Positions 16,027 through 17,073 of a stretch of DNA of 17,073 nt are shown here, piece after piece. This stretch comes from Candidatus Heimdallarchaeota archaeon (GTDB lineage Archaea > Asgardarchaeota > Heimdallarchaeia > Heimdallarchaeales > Heimdallarchaeaceae), in the NCBI GenBank assembly GCA_021399395.1, contig JAAFKJ010000139.1, forward strand, positions 1 through 17,073. Reading direction: 5' to 3'. Under the pieces are notes generated by a model. It was not told the origin of the DNA. It saw only the letters and a list, made by a program, of their open reading frames with translations, and searched no databases. The stretch's first letter is position 1, and each line of letters starts with the position of its first letter. The translations under genes were made by a program, and so were the position numbers.

Positions 16027-16866
16027 TCATAGTTGTATAAATAAGTAGACGTAATCTAGAAACATCAATATCGATGCAATAATGAATGATTCGTGCCATT
16101 TACGTTTTGATGTTATTGTAATTGCTTGCGCAATGAGTATTGTTGACCACACCTTGCAGAGCACATAGAGTATTCTTATCAAAATTTGACCCCATTCTGG
16201 AATTTCTGTACCAACAAGAAACATAATTCCAACTGGTATCAAATACAACAAGTATGGAATTGTTCCAATTAAAACACCTATACTTAATTCAAAGAAATCA
16301 AATTTAGTTTTCAAAATTACAAGAATAAGTGCAATAATTCCGATATAGATATACCAGTGAGCTATAGATAGCAAAGTGTTCACAATAGCTCCTCCTCCAA
16401 AGAAAGATTCTAATCTAAAACTGTTAGAGAGCAAACCGTATGCTTCTGTTAGACCAAAAAGCCAACAAATAACTAATAAGACAATGTTCAGTTCAATCAT
16501 GCTTCTTGTTTTAGTACCCAGGAAGTAGTAGAAAATTCCTGACGGCGCAACTCTATCAACGAAACCAATTGTTTTGTCTTCCTCCTGCTCTGCTTTATCT
16601 GTAAATAGGGCCTCTTTCTCATGGAATAGAAGAAATGAAATTCTTTTTCCTTCTTCATTCAATCTATAGAAATTCTGGTTATCTTTTTCAATGTAAGGAT
16701 CAATTTTTTTCAAGTGAAAATATAAACGACCATCCGTGAGATCTAGTTCTTCCTTGATTGAACTGAAAGATATAGAGCCAGATTCTCCGATAACTCTTAC
16801 AAGTTCTCTTCTTATGTTATTGGAGAAAATCTTTAGTTCAATATAAGATTGGTCGTCTTCTGTCAT
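16027..16866 (-). CDS. Winged-helix (ArsR-like) DNA-binding domain fused to a ~5-TM membrane domain (ATG 16866 preferred over TTG 16875)
   Basis: FSNNIRRELVRVIG...ISFSSIKEELDLTDGRLYFHLKKI...YRLNEEG is an archaeal wHTH signature. The C-terminal half has about five hydrophobic helices. TATATAAAA box 25-34 nt upstream. Confidence 0.85.
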   Translation of the reverse strand: MTEDDQSYIELKIFSNNIRRELVRVIGESGSISFSSIKEELDLTDGRLYFHLKKIDPYIEKDNQNFYRLNEEGKRISFLLFHEKEALFTDKAEQEEDKTIGFVDRVAPSGIFYYFLGTKTRSMIELNIVLLVICWLFGLTEAYGLLSNSFRLESFFGGGAIVNTLLSIAHWYIYIGIIALILVILKTKFDFFELSIGVLIGTIPYLLYLIPVGIMFLVGTEIPEWGQILIRILYVLCKVWSTILIAQAITITSKRKWHESFIIASILMFLDYVYLFIQL

Positions 16867-16945
16867 TGATAGCAAAAGTAGTTTTTAACTCTTTTATATA
16901 TTTGTTTGTCTTTATCAATTACTTTAATTTTCTAAAGTTGGAATC

Positions 16946-16992
16946 TTTACAGTTGTAAATAAGAATGTATTCAAAAAACAGATACAACTGTA
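16946..16992. promoter_or_regulatory. Pair of TACA-NN-TGTA palindromes, putative operator sites
   Basis: TTTACA-GT-TGTAAA at 16946-16959 and TACA-AC-TGTA at 16983-16992. The 10-nt cores are exact reverse complements 35 bp apart, in a divergent intergenic region. Confidence 0.55.
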
Positions 16993-17009
16993 GTTTGGTG
17001 TAAATACAC

Positions 17010-17073
17010 ATGAATAACAAAGTAAAGATTTTTGGTCTAAGCATGTTGATCCTGATGTTACTCACTCTAACAC
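17010..17073 (+). CDS. 5' fragment of a secreted or membrane protein running off the window
   Basis: GGTG SD-like element, then ATG 17010 encoding MNNKVKIFGLSMLILMLLTLT..., a signal-peptide n-region and h-region. Frame is open to the edge. Confidence 0.65.
   Translation, partial: MNNKVKIFGLSMLILMLLTLT

Overview
AT-rich (about one third GC by eye), gene-dense archaeal chromosomal segment. TATA boxes ~30 nt upstream of starts, oligo-T terminators, an archaeal-type wHTH regulator and acidic Ig-like surface proteins with a C-terminal TM plus basic tail suggest an Asgard archaeon, possibly Heimdallarchaeia (inference, not verified). Left to right: a 37-bp tandem duplication at the window edge; four + strand genes (membrane-anchored hypothetical, LURP-one/scramblase-like protein, alpha/beta hydrolase with a Cys nucleophile elbow, mtnA); four - strand secreted, C-terminally anchored surface proteins forming two paralog pairs that share a Y/F-x-D/E-x-x-T-G-F/I-L motif, one of them split by a 1-nt frameshift in its signal peptide; four tandem paralogs of an atypical MobA-like NTP-transferase interrupted by an oppositely oriented stand-alone 7TM protein; a SagB/ThcOx-type nitroreductase; a LigB-like class III dioxygenase-fold protein; a DUF4382-like protein; a membrane-tethered wHTH regulator; and the start of a divergent secreted protein with palindromic operator-like sites upstream. 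No rRNA, tRNA, CRISPR array or mobile element was seen.
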